Assembly: GCA_018303655.1 (NCBI GenBank)
Contig: JAGVXT010000021.1
Span: 18,811-82,810, forward strand
Direction of reading: 5' to 3'
DNA length: 64,000 nucleotides
Origin: Candidatus Woesearchaeota archaeon
GTDB taxonomy: Archaea; Nanobdellota; Nanobdellia; Woesearchaeales; GW2011-AR4
A program made the translations under genes and the position numbers. The notes below the pieces were generated by a model, which was not told the DNA's origin, searched no databases, and was given only the letters and a program-made list of their open reading frames with translations. Shown here piece by piece: positions 8,087 through 17,012 of this stretch (position 1 is the first letter of the stretch; every line of letters starts with the position of its first letter).

Positions 8087-10999
8087 TTAATTTAATTTTT
8101 TGTCTTTTTTTTTTGAATATATTATATATCCAAACAATGTTATTGTTATTACGGACAATATAATTAATATAATTTTTACTGCTTTAGATGTCAATTTAAT
8201 AGTTATAAACGATGCTCCAGTAATATCCGTTAGTTCTTTTATTGATTTTTCAGGTATACTTTCCCCCGTCTTTATTAAGTGAGAAGCGGCATTTCCAGAT
8301 TCTAAAACTTGAATTTGTCCAATATTATCTTGACCATAATTAACCCATCTTACAGCATTATTGATAATAGGATCAATCTCTATGGACCTTGTTATGTTGT
8401 AATCTCCATTTGGAATATTAGGTCTTAAATCTACTGTAAAGTTAACTTGGCCACCATTTGGACCTAAGGTTTCAGCAACCAATGGCAAACAATAAGGCGC
8501 TTCTGCCCTATTAGTATCGGTAGCCTTATCTTGATTAAAGCACTTTGTCTTATTTACGTCAGTAATCCAGAAGAACATCCTTAAGGGTAGTAATGCTCCA
8601 ACAGCATAGCCTTCTTTTACTGGAATGTTTATTGTATAGTCTATGCTTATATTTGAAGTAGCACTTAAAGTGTTGGTTGTGATATTTTCAAATAATATAA
8701 CAGAAGTGTCTGTTCCAGTTACTCTCTTCCAAATGTCCTTTGTTGTTTGGTTTATTGTTCTTAATAAGTCAATACATTCTCCTGAGTTGAAGCAGTTATA
8801 GAGGAATTGTAACCAATTGTGTTCTTCTGTTGTAAGACCTTTTCCTATAAGAGACATAGGCACAACTACCATCTTATTACTATCTGCAATGAACGAATCC
8901 GTTTTACCATAATGTAAATCTGCAGTATATTGACATGTATAATCATCAGGAGCAAATGTATTTGTAGCAGGAAATGGATTAGTTTTAGTTTGTCTAGTAC
9001 TAAAACCACCACAAGTAACTGACATTCTCTGACTACCTGAAAATGTCAGTGTTTTATTTGTAACACTATCTGTTAAATTAAACGTAATAGTCCAATTAGC
9101 ATAAGCAAACTGGAAAGTTTTCGAAAAGCTGCTGTTTCCAAAACCGTCATTCGCTCTTACTCTCCAGAAATAGGTATCTTCATCGTTTGAAGGCAAAGTA
9201 ACATTAACGCCAGTAACTCTATCTGAGTCTTGTGGCACAGAACTGTTGAAGTAGACTCTGTTTCCATTAAAATCACTTTGATTATTAACCTCTATTGTGT
9301 ATGTGATTGTATCAATTCCATCATCATCAACTGAATTGTTCCAATTAAATTCCGGCAAATTAGAAGGTTGATTGCCGAAGCCTGAATTGTTTGCTGGTGT
9401 CTGCAATGTAGGGGCTGTAGGCTTTGTGTTGTTGATAGTAACTATTCTTGCGCTGGATCCTGTATTACTGGAGTTATCAGTGCAGGTAACATTCCATTGC
9501 CATACATTTCTGCTTATATTTACCAGTATCCAGTTAGTTAGGGTTCCATTTTTAACACTTGAATTAGTCTGTTTTAAGGTATTATTAAAGTAAAGTCTGC
9601 AACTCATATTCAGCAATCCAAAGTCGTCAGTTGCTGTAAAGTTAAATCTAAAAGGCCTGTCTTTGAAAAATAAAATAGCATTGTTATCTGGCTTTTCCAA
9701 AGTAACTGTTGGTTGTGCCACATCAGTTAAATTTATTGTAAGATTTCCGCTTGTAGAACTTCTGTTTTGATTTCCAGCTTCATCTTTACATCCTATTGAA
9801 ATATTATATAAACCAGGAGAAGTAAATTCTTTTGTGTCTGGCAAAGTGCAAGTTAAAATATTTCCAGGTGCATTTGTGCAATTTGTTAAAGGATCATTGG
9901 CAATCATATCTGTATAGTTTAAATTTAGAGTGCTTATAGCGCAAAAAGAAGGTTCGCTTAAATTTATTTTTACTGTAGGGGTTTTATCAGAAGTTTTACA
10001 AGAATTTTGCTTGTTTGTGTTCCAGTTTGTGCAGCCTAAGCCTCCTTCAGAAGTTATATTATAAAACTTTATTTCTGGCGGTGTTGTGTCTGCTGCTGAT
10101 ATTTCTACAACTGCTATAATTGTTCCATTTCCTCCATAATCATTTCTATCAGAATTTCCATAACCAATGCCTATTCGATTAGTATTATTCATAGTTATAA
10201 AATCAGCATCACCTGTTTTGGGGGGAGTTTGACTGTTTACTGCTGTTGTAGCAAGTGTTTCACTTCCAATATTACAACCTCCAATATAACCACTGCCTCC
10301 TCCTCCAGCTCCGCCATCTCCTCCTGAAGGGTCAATACCTCCGCCTCCTCCGAAGTATCCATCTCCTCCGCCTCCTCCAACTGCCGCTCCACCTTGATGA
10401 TAACCTGTTCCTCCATTCGGAAATCCTCCAAAAGCTCTATTATCTGTAGCAACAGCTGAACTATTGCCTCCGAATAAAGAACCTCCTGCAAAACTTCCAG
10501 CACCGCCAGCAGTCTGGGTTCCACCTGAACCAGGAGTATCACCAATACCACCAGAACCACTTAATCCTTTTGTACCTCCTCCTGCACCCCCTTGTGCTCC
10601 TCCTGAACCTCCTCCACCTCCTGCAATTGCTAAAAGTTCATCATCACTTTGCCTTGCTATTTGACTTCTACCTCCTCCACCTCCTGCAAGAGGCCTGTCA
10701 ATATTTCCTGTTCCATTGCCACCTTGGCCTACAGTAAGGACTATAGTTTCACCTACTGTAAAATTAATAGTACAATTTGTAAAGCCACCAGCACCTCCAT
10801 GATTAAGCCCAGGACCTGCACCATCTCCTCCAGCTCCGCCACCTCCCCACATTAAGAAATAAACATTTGAGGTGGTGACTGGAATGACAAAAGTTTGATT
10901 AAAACCTGTAGAATTAAAGAAATACTTGGTTGTCGTAGCACTGACAAAAGGTATAACTAATAAAAACATTGCAAAAAACCAAATAAACTTCTTAAACAT
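8087..10999 (-). CDS. Large surface protein: glycine-rich domain, Ig/FnIII-like domains, C-terminal TM anchor
   Basis: Signal peptide, 'WGGGGAGG...GGAGGF...VGQGG' glycine-rich domain, YFWRVRANDG FnIII-like motif, ITG motif then TM and KKK tail. Confidence 0.82.
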   Translation of the reverse strand: MFKKFIWFFAMFLLVIPFVSATTTKYFFNSTGFNQTFVIPVTTSNVYFLMWGGGGAGGDGAGPGLNHGGAGGFTNCTINFTVGETIVLTVGQGGNGTGNIDRPLAGGGGGRSQIARQSDDELLAIAGGGGGSGGAQGGAGGGTKGLSGSGGIGDTPGSGGTQTAGGAGSFAGGSLFGGNSSAVATDNRAFGGFPNGGTGYHQGGAAVGGGGGDGYFGGGGGIDPSGGDGGAGGGGSGYIGGCNIGSETLATTAVNSQTPPKTGDADFITMNNTNRIGIGYGNSDRNDYGGNGTIIAVVEISAADTTPPEIKFYNITSEGGLGCTNWNTNKQNSCKTSDKTPTVKINLSEPSFCAISTLNLNYTDMIANDPLTNCTNAPGNILTCTLPDTKEFTSPGLYNISIGCKDEAGNQNRSSTSGNLTINLTDVAQPTVTLEKPDNNAILFFKDRPFRFNFTATDDFGLLNMSCRLYFNNTLKQTNSSVKNGTLTNWILVNISRNVWQWNVTCTDNSSNTGSSARIVTINNTKPTAPTLQTPANNSGFGNQPSNLPEFNWNNSVDDDGIDTITYTIEVNNQSDFNGNRVYFNSSVPQDSDRVTGVNVTLPSNDEDTYFWRVRANDGFGNSSFSKTFQFAYANWTITFNLTDSVTNKTLTFSGSQRMSVTCGGFSTRQTKTNPFPATNTFAPDDYTCQYTADLHYGKTDSFIADSNKMVVVPMSLIGKGLTTEEHNWLQFLYNCFNSGECIDLLRTINQTTKDIWKRVTGTDTSVILFENITTNTLSATSNISIDYTINIPVKEGYAVGALLPLRMFFWITDVNKTKCFNQDKATDTNRAEAPYCLPLVAETLGPNGGQVNFTVDLRPNIPNGDYNITRSIEIDPIINNAVRWVNYGQDNIGQIQVLESGNAASHLIKTGESIPEKSIKELTDITGASFITIKLTSKAVKIILIILSVITITLFGYIIYSKKKDKKLN

Positions 11000-11592
11000 C
11001 TTCTACCTCTATATCTTTTAAGGCAACTGAATCTATTCTTTTTTGCAACGTATTTATCCCTTGGCTTGTAATCTCAAATTTAATGCATGTTTCTCCGCTT
11101 TTGATCATGGATAGAATCACAAGTTACTATATTTCCATCCAAACTGCAATAATACCCAGCTTTACCAAAATCTATTTTCTTTGTAGAGCCAGCTATACCA
11201 ATTGTATAAGCCTTTTTACTGCATACAGTTTTATTTTTCTGAACAACTTTTTCGCTTAGTTTTTCATAGCTTTGATAAGATTCAGTTCCAATTGCACATG
11301 TTACATTATAAACAAGCTGTTCTTGAGAGCAATCGGTATTTGCTCCTGATGTATTCAAACAAAGCGTGTAATTATGGTAATAAATACAATTATTATATAC
11401 ATTTCTTTCTCTAGTAACATGATCAAAAACGTCTTCTTTTGCATTGTAAAATTCAGTAGTGCAGTCTTGGATTTCATTGACGGTTACATTATTATCCAAA
11501 ACTATTGCAGAAATGACGCTTATTGTTGATAATATTGTTAAAATTGATAGAATTAGAAAGGTCTTTGATTTGAAAAGAATCATGCTCACCAC
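10992..11592 (-). pseudogene. Secreted Cys-rich protein, apparently frameshifted near 11100
   Basis: ORF 11080..11592 has a signal peptide and Cys pairs; an alternative frame continues SGETCIKFEITSQGINTLQKRIDSVALKDIEVEDV* to a stop overlapping the ATG of the next gene. Confidence 0.6.
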
Positions 11593-11675
11593 ATTTAATT
11601 TCTATAAGGAAAGTTATGATATAAATATTTTTCGGTTTTTGTATTTTAATGAATGATTTGATTTTTTGCAGGCGC

Positions 11676-12329
11676 TTAATTTTTCATAACTAAAGCGTTA
11701 AATTCATTTACTTTTATTTTTTTAACAGAATTAAAACTGGATGTTTTCCCCAGCCTTGTCAGATGGCTGAATGAAGGGTAATGCACATGCTTGTAGTAGT
11801 ATGGCAGTTTTTTTAGAAATTTTCCTAAAGATATTTTAAAGGAATGTGTCGAGTATTTTTCCTTGTCGATTATTACAGCATAGCCATTTTTTCTTAGCAT
11901 GTTTTTTGCTTTTTTAAGGAATTTTGAAAAGTCATTTTTATGCAAATATTGGAAAACTTCTATAAAAAATATCAAATCATATTTTCTAACATCATCATAG
12001 TTGAGGTAATCTGCTGCTAGGAATCTTGCATTCCTGTTTTTTTTAAAAAATTTTTTTGCAGTTTCCACTCTTTTTCTGGAGAAATCTATTCCAATATATT
12101 CTATTTTTTTTGAAAATGTCAGCTGATTTATGAATCCAAACCATGTGCCATGGCCGCAACCAACCTCAAGTATATTTATCCTATCTTTTTTTTTCAGTGA
12201 ATTCAAAATTTCCAAAACGCTCTTATTGAATATCTCCCTAAAACTTTTGGAAGGTGTCCATTTTGCAAAAATGGATGTTGCCTTGTCAAAATTGCCAATT
12301 ATTTCATATTTCCTTTTTTGTTTGTTCAT
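11676..12329 (-). CDS. Class I SAM-dependent methyltransferase
   Basis: ILEVGCGHG motif I, GIDFS, YDLIF; likely start MNKQKRK overlapping the upstream gene end. Confidence 0.88.
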   Translation of the reverse strand: MNKQKRKYEIIGNFDKATSIFAKWTPSKSFREIFNKSVLEILNSLKKKDRINILEVGCGHGTWFGFINQLTFSKKIEYIGIDFSRKRVETAKKFFKKNRNARFLAADYLNYDDVRKYDLIFFIEVFQYLHKNDFSKFLKKAKNMLRKNGYAVIIDKEKYSTHSFKISLGKFLKKLPYYYKHVHYPSFSHLTRLGKTSSFNSVKKIKVNEFNALVMKN

Positions 12330-13356
12330 TTGCAGATTCTCCCGAAGAGGGCTTTGAGCCCTGCTCAAAAGCCTTTCTGTAAGCCGAAAAAAGCTTTGCT
12401 CCAAGGCTTGCCATCAGCGGCCTGTGGATTTTCTTGAAGCAGCTGGAATTCACCAGTTTGCCTCCAAATCTTTTTTTGAATTCCCTCACCCCGTACTCTT
12501 CACCAGGAACCCCTGCTCCCTGAAAATCAAATATCTCGTATCCGTTTTTGCACCCGTATTCCAGCACATGCCAGACCAATGCGTCATTCGGGAAAAGATT
12601 AAGGTGATCTGAAGATGCCCCCGCATAGAAATCAAACATCTTCTTTTTGTGGAGCAGTATAATCCTTCCGGCAATGCATTTGCCCTCATGCATGGCTAAA
12701 AATAGTTTGGCATTTTCCGGCATCAGGTCAAAAACCGCATTAAAAAAGGATATATCCGGAATAAGCACTCCAACTTTATCGTAGGTTTCCTTTATAAGTT
12801 TGTAAAAGCCAGGCAACGAGCTCCTGCCTGACTCAATTATCTCCAAATTTTTTGCGGCTTTCTTGATGTTTTTCCTTCTGGATTTGTGGATTGCCATGAA
12901 AACTGCATCAGGGTCTTTATCCAGGCTGATCTCGAAGTTAAGGGTTGCTGTCCTGCTGTACCCTTCCGATTCGTACAGCCCCTCAAGAAAGCTGTCATTG
13001 TCGACTTTGGCGCTTGAATAAAGGGCCTTTCTCCTTATGTATTTATCATAATGCTTGATGATGAACTCCGCTGCTTCTCTTCCATGCTCGGAATCCTCAT
13101 ACAAAGGAGCATTTTCTATTATAGCTATAGAAGTCAATGATTTAAGAAATTTTTTTGATTCTATTTTTACAAGCATGCATGCAAGGAGCTTTTCTTCCTC
13201 ATTGGAAACTGCAAGCCTGATGCCGCTTCTGTTTCCTGCACTGCTGTAAGCATCAGCCATCTCATACTTCTGGAAGACAGTGGAATGCGTGTTGCTGTCT
13301 ACAAATTCGTTCCATTTTTCCTTGCCTGGAGATATTAGCTTAAGCCCCATTTTCAT
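12304..13356 (-). CDS. FemAB/FemX-like GNAT-fold protein
   Basis: WNEFV...STVFQ, RRKNIKKA, FPNDALVW, FDFQGAG, GVREFKKRFGG. Confidence 0.88.
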   Translation of the reverse strand: MKMGLKLISPGKEKWNEFVDSNTHSTVFQKYEMADAYSSAGNRSGIRLAVSNEEEKLLACMLVKIESKKFLKSLTSIAIIENAPLYEDSEHGREAAEFIIKHYDKYIRRKALYSSAKVDNDSFLEGLYESEGYSRTATLNFEISLDKDPDAVFMAIHKSRRKNIKKAAKNLEIIESGRSSLPGFYKLIKETYDKVGVLIPDISFFNAVFDLMPENAKLFLAMHEGKCIAGRIILLHKKKMFDFYAGASSDHLNLFPNDALVWHVLEYGCKNGYEIFDFQGAGVPGEEYGVREFKKRFGGKLVNSSCFKKIHRPLMASLGAKLFSAYRKAFEQGSKPSSGESANEQTKKEI

Positions 13357-13442
13357 CCTGCTGAGGTATTGAAAAACTTAGGCAAATACTTAAACATTTT
13401 GAAAAAGCCCTATTCAAGAAAATGTGTTTTCCATATTCCCTA

Positions 13443-14963
13443 TTAACTCGTCGGGGATGCTAAGTGCTTTGACAAGGACCTTATATGCCTGGATAACATG
13501 CCGGGAAGCTTTAGAATAGCAGTTGGATCTCTTTTCAGGAGATAAAGGAAAGACCATGGCCTTTTTTTGAGCTTTGATATTGTAAATTCCCTGTAGAACA
13601 TTTCCCTGTATTTTATAAGCTCTTCCTGGGGCAGGTTAGGAAGCTTAATCATGTAATCGCCGAACAATGCCAAATGGTGGTCAGTAAGGTTTTTCATATG
13701 CTCCTCCTTATCTATATAGCCGTTCTTGATGCAGTCATTGTAAAAAGCCGTGCCTGGGAGAACTGATGGGAATATAACTGTGATTTTATCCAAAGGCAGT
13801 TCCTTTGCAAATTCTATGGAATTCCTTATAGACTGGTGGGTCTCGCCTGGCATTCCTATTATGAAGTATGCATTAAGGATAAATCCCAGCTCATGGGCGA
13901 TGCCTGCAATTTCTCTTACCTTGTCAAGCGACAGCTGCTTGTTCATCACTGTATTCAGCATGTAATCATCCCCTGACTCTATGGGAAGATTCAGCGAATA
14001 GCAGCCTGATTTTCTCATAAGTGTAAGGACTTCCCTGTCCAAAGTTCTTATGGAGACTCCTGCAGGCACTTTCCAGTATATATTCAGTTTTCTTTTTATG
14101 ATTTCATTGCAGATGGCCTTTGTCCTTTCCCTGCTGACCGTAGGATTGTCATCTTCAAGCGCAATTTCTTTTGCATTATACTTCTTGACAAGATGCTCTA
14201 TTTCATCCACAACATCAATAGGGTCTCTTGGCCTCCATGTCGGCCCGCCTACAGAATGGACGCTGCAGAATGTGCATCTTTGGTGGCAGCTTCTGCTTGT
14301 TATCACGGACATCTCCCTTTTTGATTTTTTGTCCCACCTGACTGCGCTGTTTTCAAAGTATTTCTCAACTTTTAAAAGGTGCCTCGCAGGCCATGGAAGC
14401 TCGCTTGGGTTTTTTATGAATTTTGTTTTTGGGTTTTTTCTCATTTCCCCGTTGTCCATGTATGCTATGCCATCTATGTCCAGAAGATTTGGATTGTTAT
14501 TTTCAATATGATTGACAAGGTCAAGGGTTGTGAGCTCAGCTTCAGCAATTAAAACATAGTCAATGTATCCTGTCTTAAGAAAATCCTCGTAATTAACGCT
14601 GGGGTGTATTCCCCCGACAAAAACCTTGATGTTTGGGTTTATTTCTTTTATAATTTTACATGTTTCAACAGTAAATTTCATCCTTATCGCAAAAGGGCAC
14701 GATACTCCCACAACATCGGGATTTTCCTGCTTGATTCTTTCTTTAAGCTCGTCAAAAGAAAGCCCGACATGGTATATCCCTTCCTCAAATTGTTTTACAT
14801 CCCCTTCCACCGCAGCATCTATTATGCTAACTTTGTACTCGTTTTTTTCAAGAACAGCAGCTATATATGCAAGGCTCAAAGGAAGGACAACGTTTACATC
14901 CTTTTTCCTTCTTGTCCTGTTCAAATAAGGGGGATTTATCAAAAGCACTTTTGTATTTTTCAT
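13443..14963 (-). CDS. B12-binding domain radical SAM protein
   Basis: LINPP...PLSLAYIAA, GGIHPS, SRSCHQRCTFC (CxxxCxxC), IESG, IIGMPGET. Confidence 0.92.
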   Translation of the reverse strand: MKNTKVLLINPPYLNRTRRKKDVNVVLPLSLAYIAAVLEKNEYKVSIIDAAVEGDVKQFEEGIYHVGLSFDELKERIKQENPDVVGVSCPFAIRMKFTVETCKIIKEINPNIKVFVGGIHPSVNYEDFLKTGYIDYVLIAEAELTTLDLVNHIENNNPNLLDIDGIAYMDNGEMRKNPKTKFIKNPSELPWPARHLLKVEKYFENSAVRWDKKSKREMSVITSRSCHQRCTFCSVHSVGGPTWRPRDPIDVVDEIEHLVKKYNAKEIALEDDNPTVSRERTKAICNEIIKRKLNIYWKVPAGVSIRTLDREVLTLMRKSGCYSLNLPIESGDDYMLNTVMNKQLSLDKVREIAGIAHELGFILNAYFIIGMPGETHQSIRNSIEFAKELPLDKITVIFPSVLPGTAFYNDCIKNGYIDKEEHMKNLTDHHLALFGDYMIKLPNLPQEELIKYREMFYREFTISKLKKRPWSFLYLLKRDPTAILKLPGMLSRHIRSLSKHLASPTS

Positions 14964-15113
14964 CTGGAATCAAGTTGCTTTATCCCTATATAAAGTTTTC
15001 TGAATCCCGGGCTTCAGATTTAGCCATTTTGGGGAATTTGTTATCTTGGATTTCTATAAAATCTGAACAAATTATTTAAATACCTGCTGTTAGCGCTGTC
15101 TTGAGGTGGCTTT

Positions 15114-15251
15114 ATGGGAAACATGATAAAAGGTGATGTGTATTTCTGTGAGGATTGCAAGCTTGAAGTGACAGTCACCAAGCCGTGCGATGAGGATTAC
15201 TGTGACATGATGTGCTGCGGGCAGCAGCTGAAAAAGAAGCATGGCAAATAA
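15114..15251 (+). CDS. Desulforedoxin-like Cys-rich microprotein (45 aa; not in the ORF track)
   Basis: GAGGTG SD at 15103-15108; MGNMIKGDVYFCEDCKLEVTVTKPCDEDYCDMMCCGQQLKKKHGK with CxxC...CCG pattern. Confidence 0.75.
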   Translation: MGNMIKGDVYFCEDCKLEVTVTKPCDEDYCDMMCCGQQLKKKHGK

Positions 15252-15278
15252 CAATTAAAAATGAAATGATATGGGGGA

Positions 15279-15419
15279 ATGAATATGGAAGGAAAAGAAT
15301 GCAATGCTGACAGCGATATAGTAAAGGAAATTTTGTATATAGCTGAAATTCACGGCTTGACAAATAGGGAAAGATGCATAAAAATTGCGGATATTCTGAA
15401 CAGGCATTTTTCAAAATAG
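15279..15419 (+). CDS. Small hypothetical protein (46 aa; not in the ORF track)
   Basis: MNMEGKECNADSDIVKEILYIAEIHGLTNRERCIKIADILNRHFSK; GGGGG upstream; fills the gap between co-oriented genes. Confidence 0.45.
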   Translation: MNMEGKECNADSDIVKEILYIAEIHGLTNRERCIKIADILNRHFSK

Positions 15420-15431
15420 TCTGTAAGGCAA

Positions 15432-16982
15432 ATGATTGGCATAATCCTGGAAAACACAAATAAAAAATCGCTTTACGTATTCAAAACTCTCTTTGGCATA
15501 ATGGGATTTGAATATTATTTTATCAATGAAAAAGATGCGGAAAGCTATCCTGTGGTTGTTTATTACGGAAATAATCCTAATTTAAAATCCAAATACGCGA
15601 TAGAAATACCTGTTTCAGGGGATTTCATAGGCAAAATCGGGAAGAGCCCGTACACAAGATCAAATGGAAAGATAATATTTAACATAGACATTGTATCGCT
15701 ATCTTTCTTTCTTTTGGCCAGGCAGGAGGAGATGGACAACAAGGCAAGGGATATGCACAAAAGATTTGACCATTCTGAGACAATTCTGAAGGATTTCATA
15801 AAAGAGCCCATAATTAATAATTACATCAGGCATCTGGAAGAGCTTATCATTGAAGAGTTTAGAAAGCAGAATCTGCCATTGCTTAAAAAGGCATACTGGC
15901 CTTGTGCAGAAGACTTTGCCGCTTCACTGACGCATGATGTTGATGTGCTTTACAAGTACAATTTCATCGGCTCTTTGGTTCAGGCTAAAAAAATACTGGT
16001 TTTATTTCTAAAGCTGAAATTAAAGCTTGCGTTTTCCTCTGCTTACACAATGATTCAATGCATAATCACAAACAAAAAGCCCTACTGGCAGATGCTGAAC
16101 GTCGCTGATTTCGAGAAAAAATACGGATTTGTTTCATCATTTTACCTTTGCGCGAAAAGAAGGCACAAGCTTGACCCATACTATGATGTCAGGAGCGATG
16201 AAATAAAAAATGCCATAAGAAAGCTGCACAGCATGGGCTTTGAGATTGGAGTTCATGGAAGCTACACCTCTTACCTGGATTTTGAAAAATTAAGAGAGGA
16301 AAAGGAGATACTGGAAAAGGCTTTGAACGGAAAAGTTACCGGCAACAGGCAGCATTTTGGCAGGTTTGAAGCGCCTTACACATGGAGGCTGCACAATAAG
16401 CTTTTTGCTTATGACTCAACTGTCGGGTACATCAACATGAGCGGATTCAGGGCTTCAATCTGCTTTCCATTTATTGCTTATGACGCTCTTGAAGACAAGG
16501 AGCTGGATTTGATAGAAGTACCTTTCACCACATCAGACGGAACTCTTTTTGGCCCCATGAATCTGAGCAAGGAAGACGCATGGAAGGACACGGAAAAGCT
16601 TATCGATAAGATAAGGGAAAATAACGGGCTGATTGTCCTGGACTGGCACCAGCGTGTGATATATGAGGAAGATTACCCCGGATACTGGTGGGTTTACGCA
16701 AAGGCTGTTGAGCGCATAAAAGAATTAAAAGCATACGTCGCGCCTTTAGGCGAGATAACTGAATGGTGGGCAGCAAGGGGGAATTTGATTGTTAAATCCG
16801 GCAAAAAAAACAAAAGCTACGAGATAAGCTCAAAAAAAGAATTGAAAAATGCATCTTTCCTTCTTTACAATGCAGATAAATTCAAAATTGAGGGAAACAG
16901 CAAATACGATGCAATTAAGAAAGATGGCTGTTTTTTGATAAAGTTTGAAATGCTTAAGGATGCTGTGATAAAAATTGATTAG
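15432..16982 (+). CDS. Polysaccharide deacetylase family protein (CE4/NodB fold, with N-terminal extension)
   Basis: LTHDVD, EIGVHGSY, GNRQHF, YDSTVG...GFRAS, DWH. Confidence 0.87.
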   Translation: MIGIILENTNKKSLYVFKTLFGIMGFEYYFINEKDAESYPVVVYYGNNPNLKSKYAIEIPVSGDFIGKIGKSPYTRSNGKIIFNIDIVSLSFFLLARQEEMDNKARDMHKRFDHSETILKDFIKEPIINNYIRHLEELIIEEFRKQNLPLLKKAYWPCAEDFAASLTHDVDVLYKYNFIGSLVQAKKILVLFLKLKLKLAFSSAYTMIQCIITNKKPYWQMLNVADFEKKYGFVSSFYLCAKRRHKLDPYYDVRSDEIKNAIRKLHSMGFEIGVHGSYTSYLDFEKLREEKEILEKALNGKVTGNRQHFGRFEAPYTWRLHNKLFAYDSTVGYINMSGFRASICFPFIAYDALEDKELDLIEVPFTTSDGTLFGPMNLSKEDAWKDTEKLIDKIRENNGLIVLDWHQRVIYEEDYPGYWWVYAKAVERIKELKAYVAPLGEITEWWAARGNLIVKSGKKNKSYEISSKKELKNASFLLYNADKFKIEGNSKYDAIKKDGCFLIKFEMLKDAVIKID

Positions 16983-17012
16983 AATTCTGCATACAGGCTT
17001 GATTATAAATAT

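Noticed and set aside
10255-10855. Repetitive CCT/CCA-rich DNA and a Pro-rich plus-strand ORF
   Set aside because: This is the reverse complement of Gly codons in the 970-aa protein, not a repeat array
15000-15017. Short imperfect palindrome CTGAATCCCGGGCTTCAG in a divergent promoter
   Set aside because: Single short occurrence with no supporting copy
15175-15459. 94-aa minus-strand ORF
   Set aside because: Antisense to the better-supported plus-strand desulforedoxin-like and small ORFs
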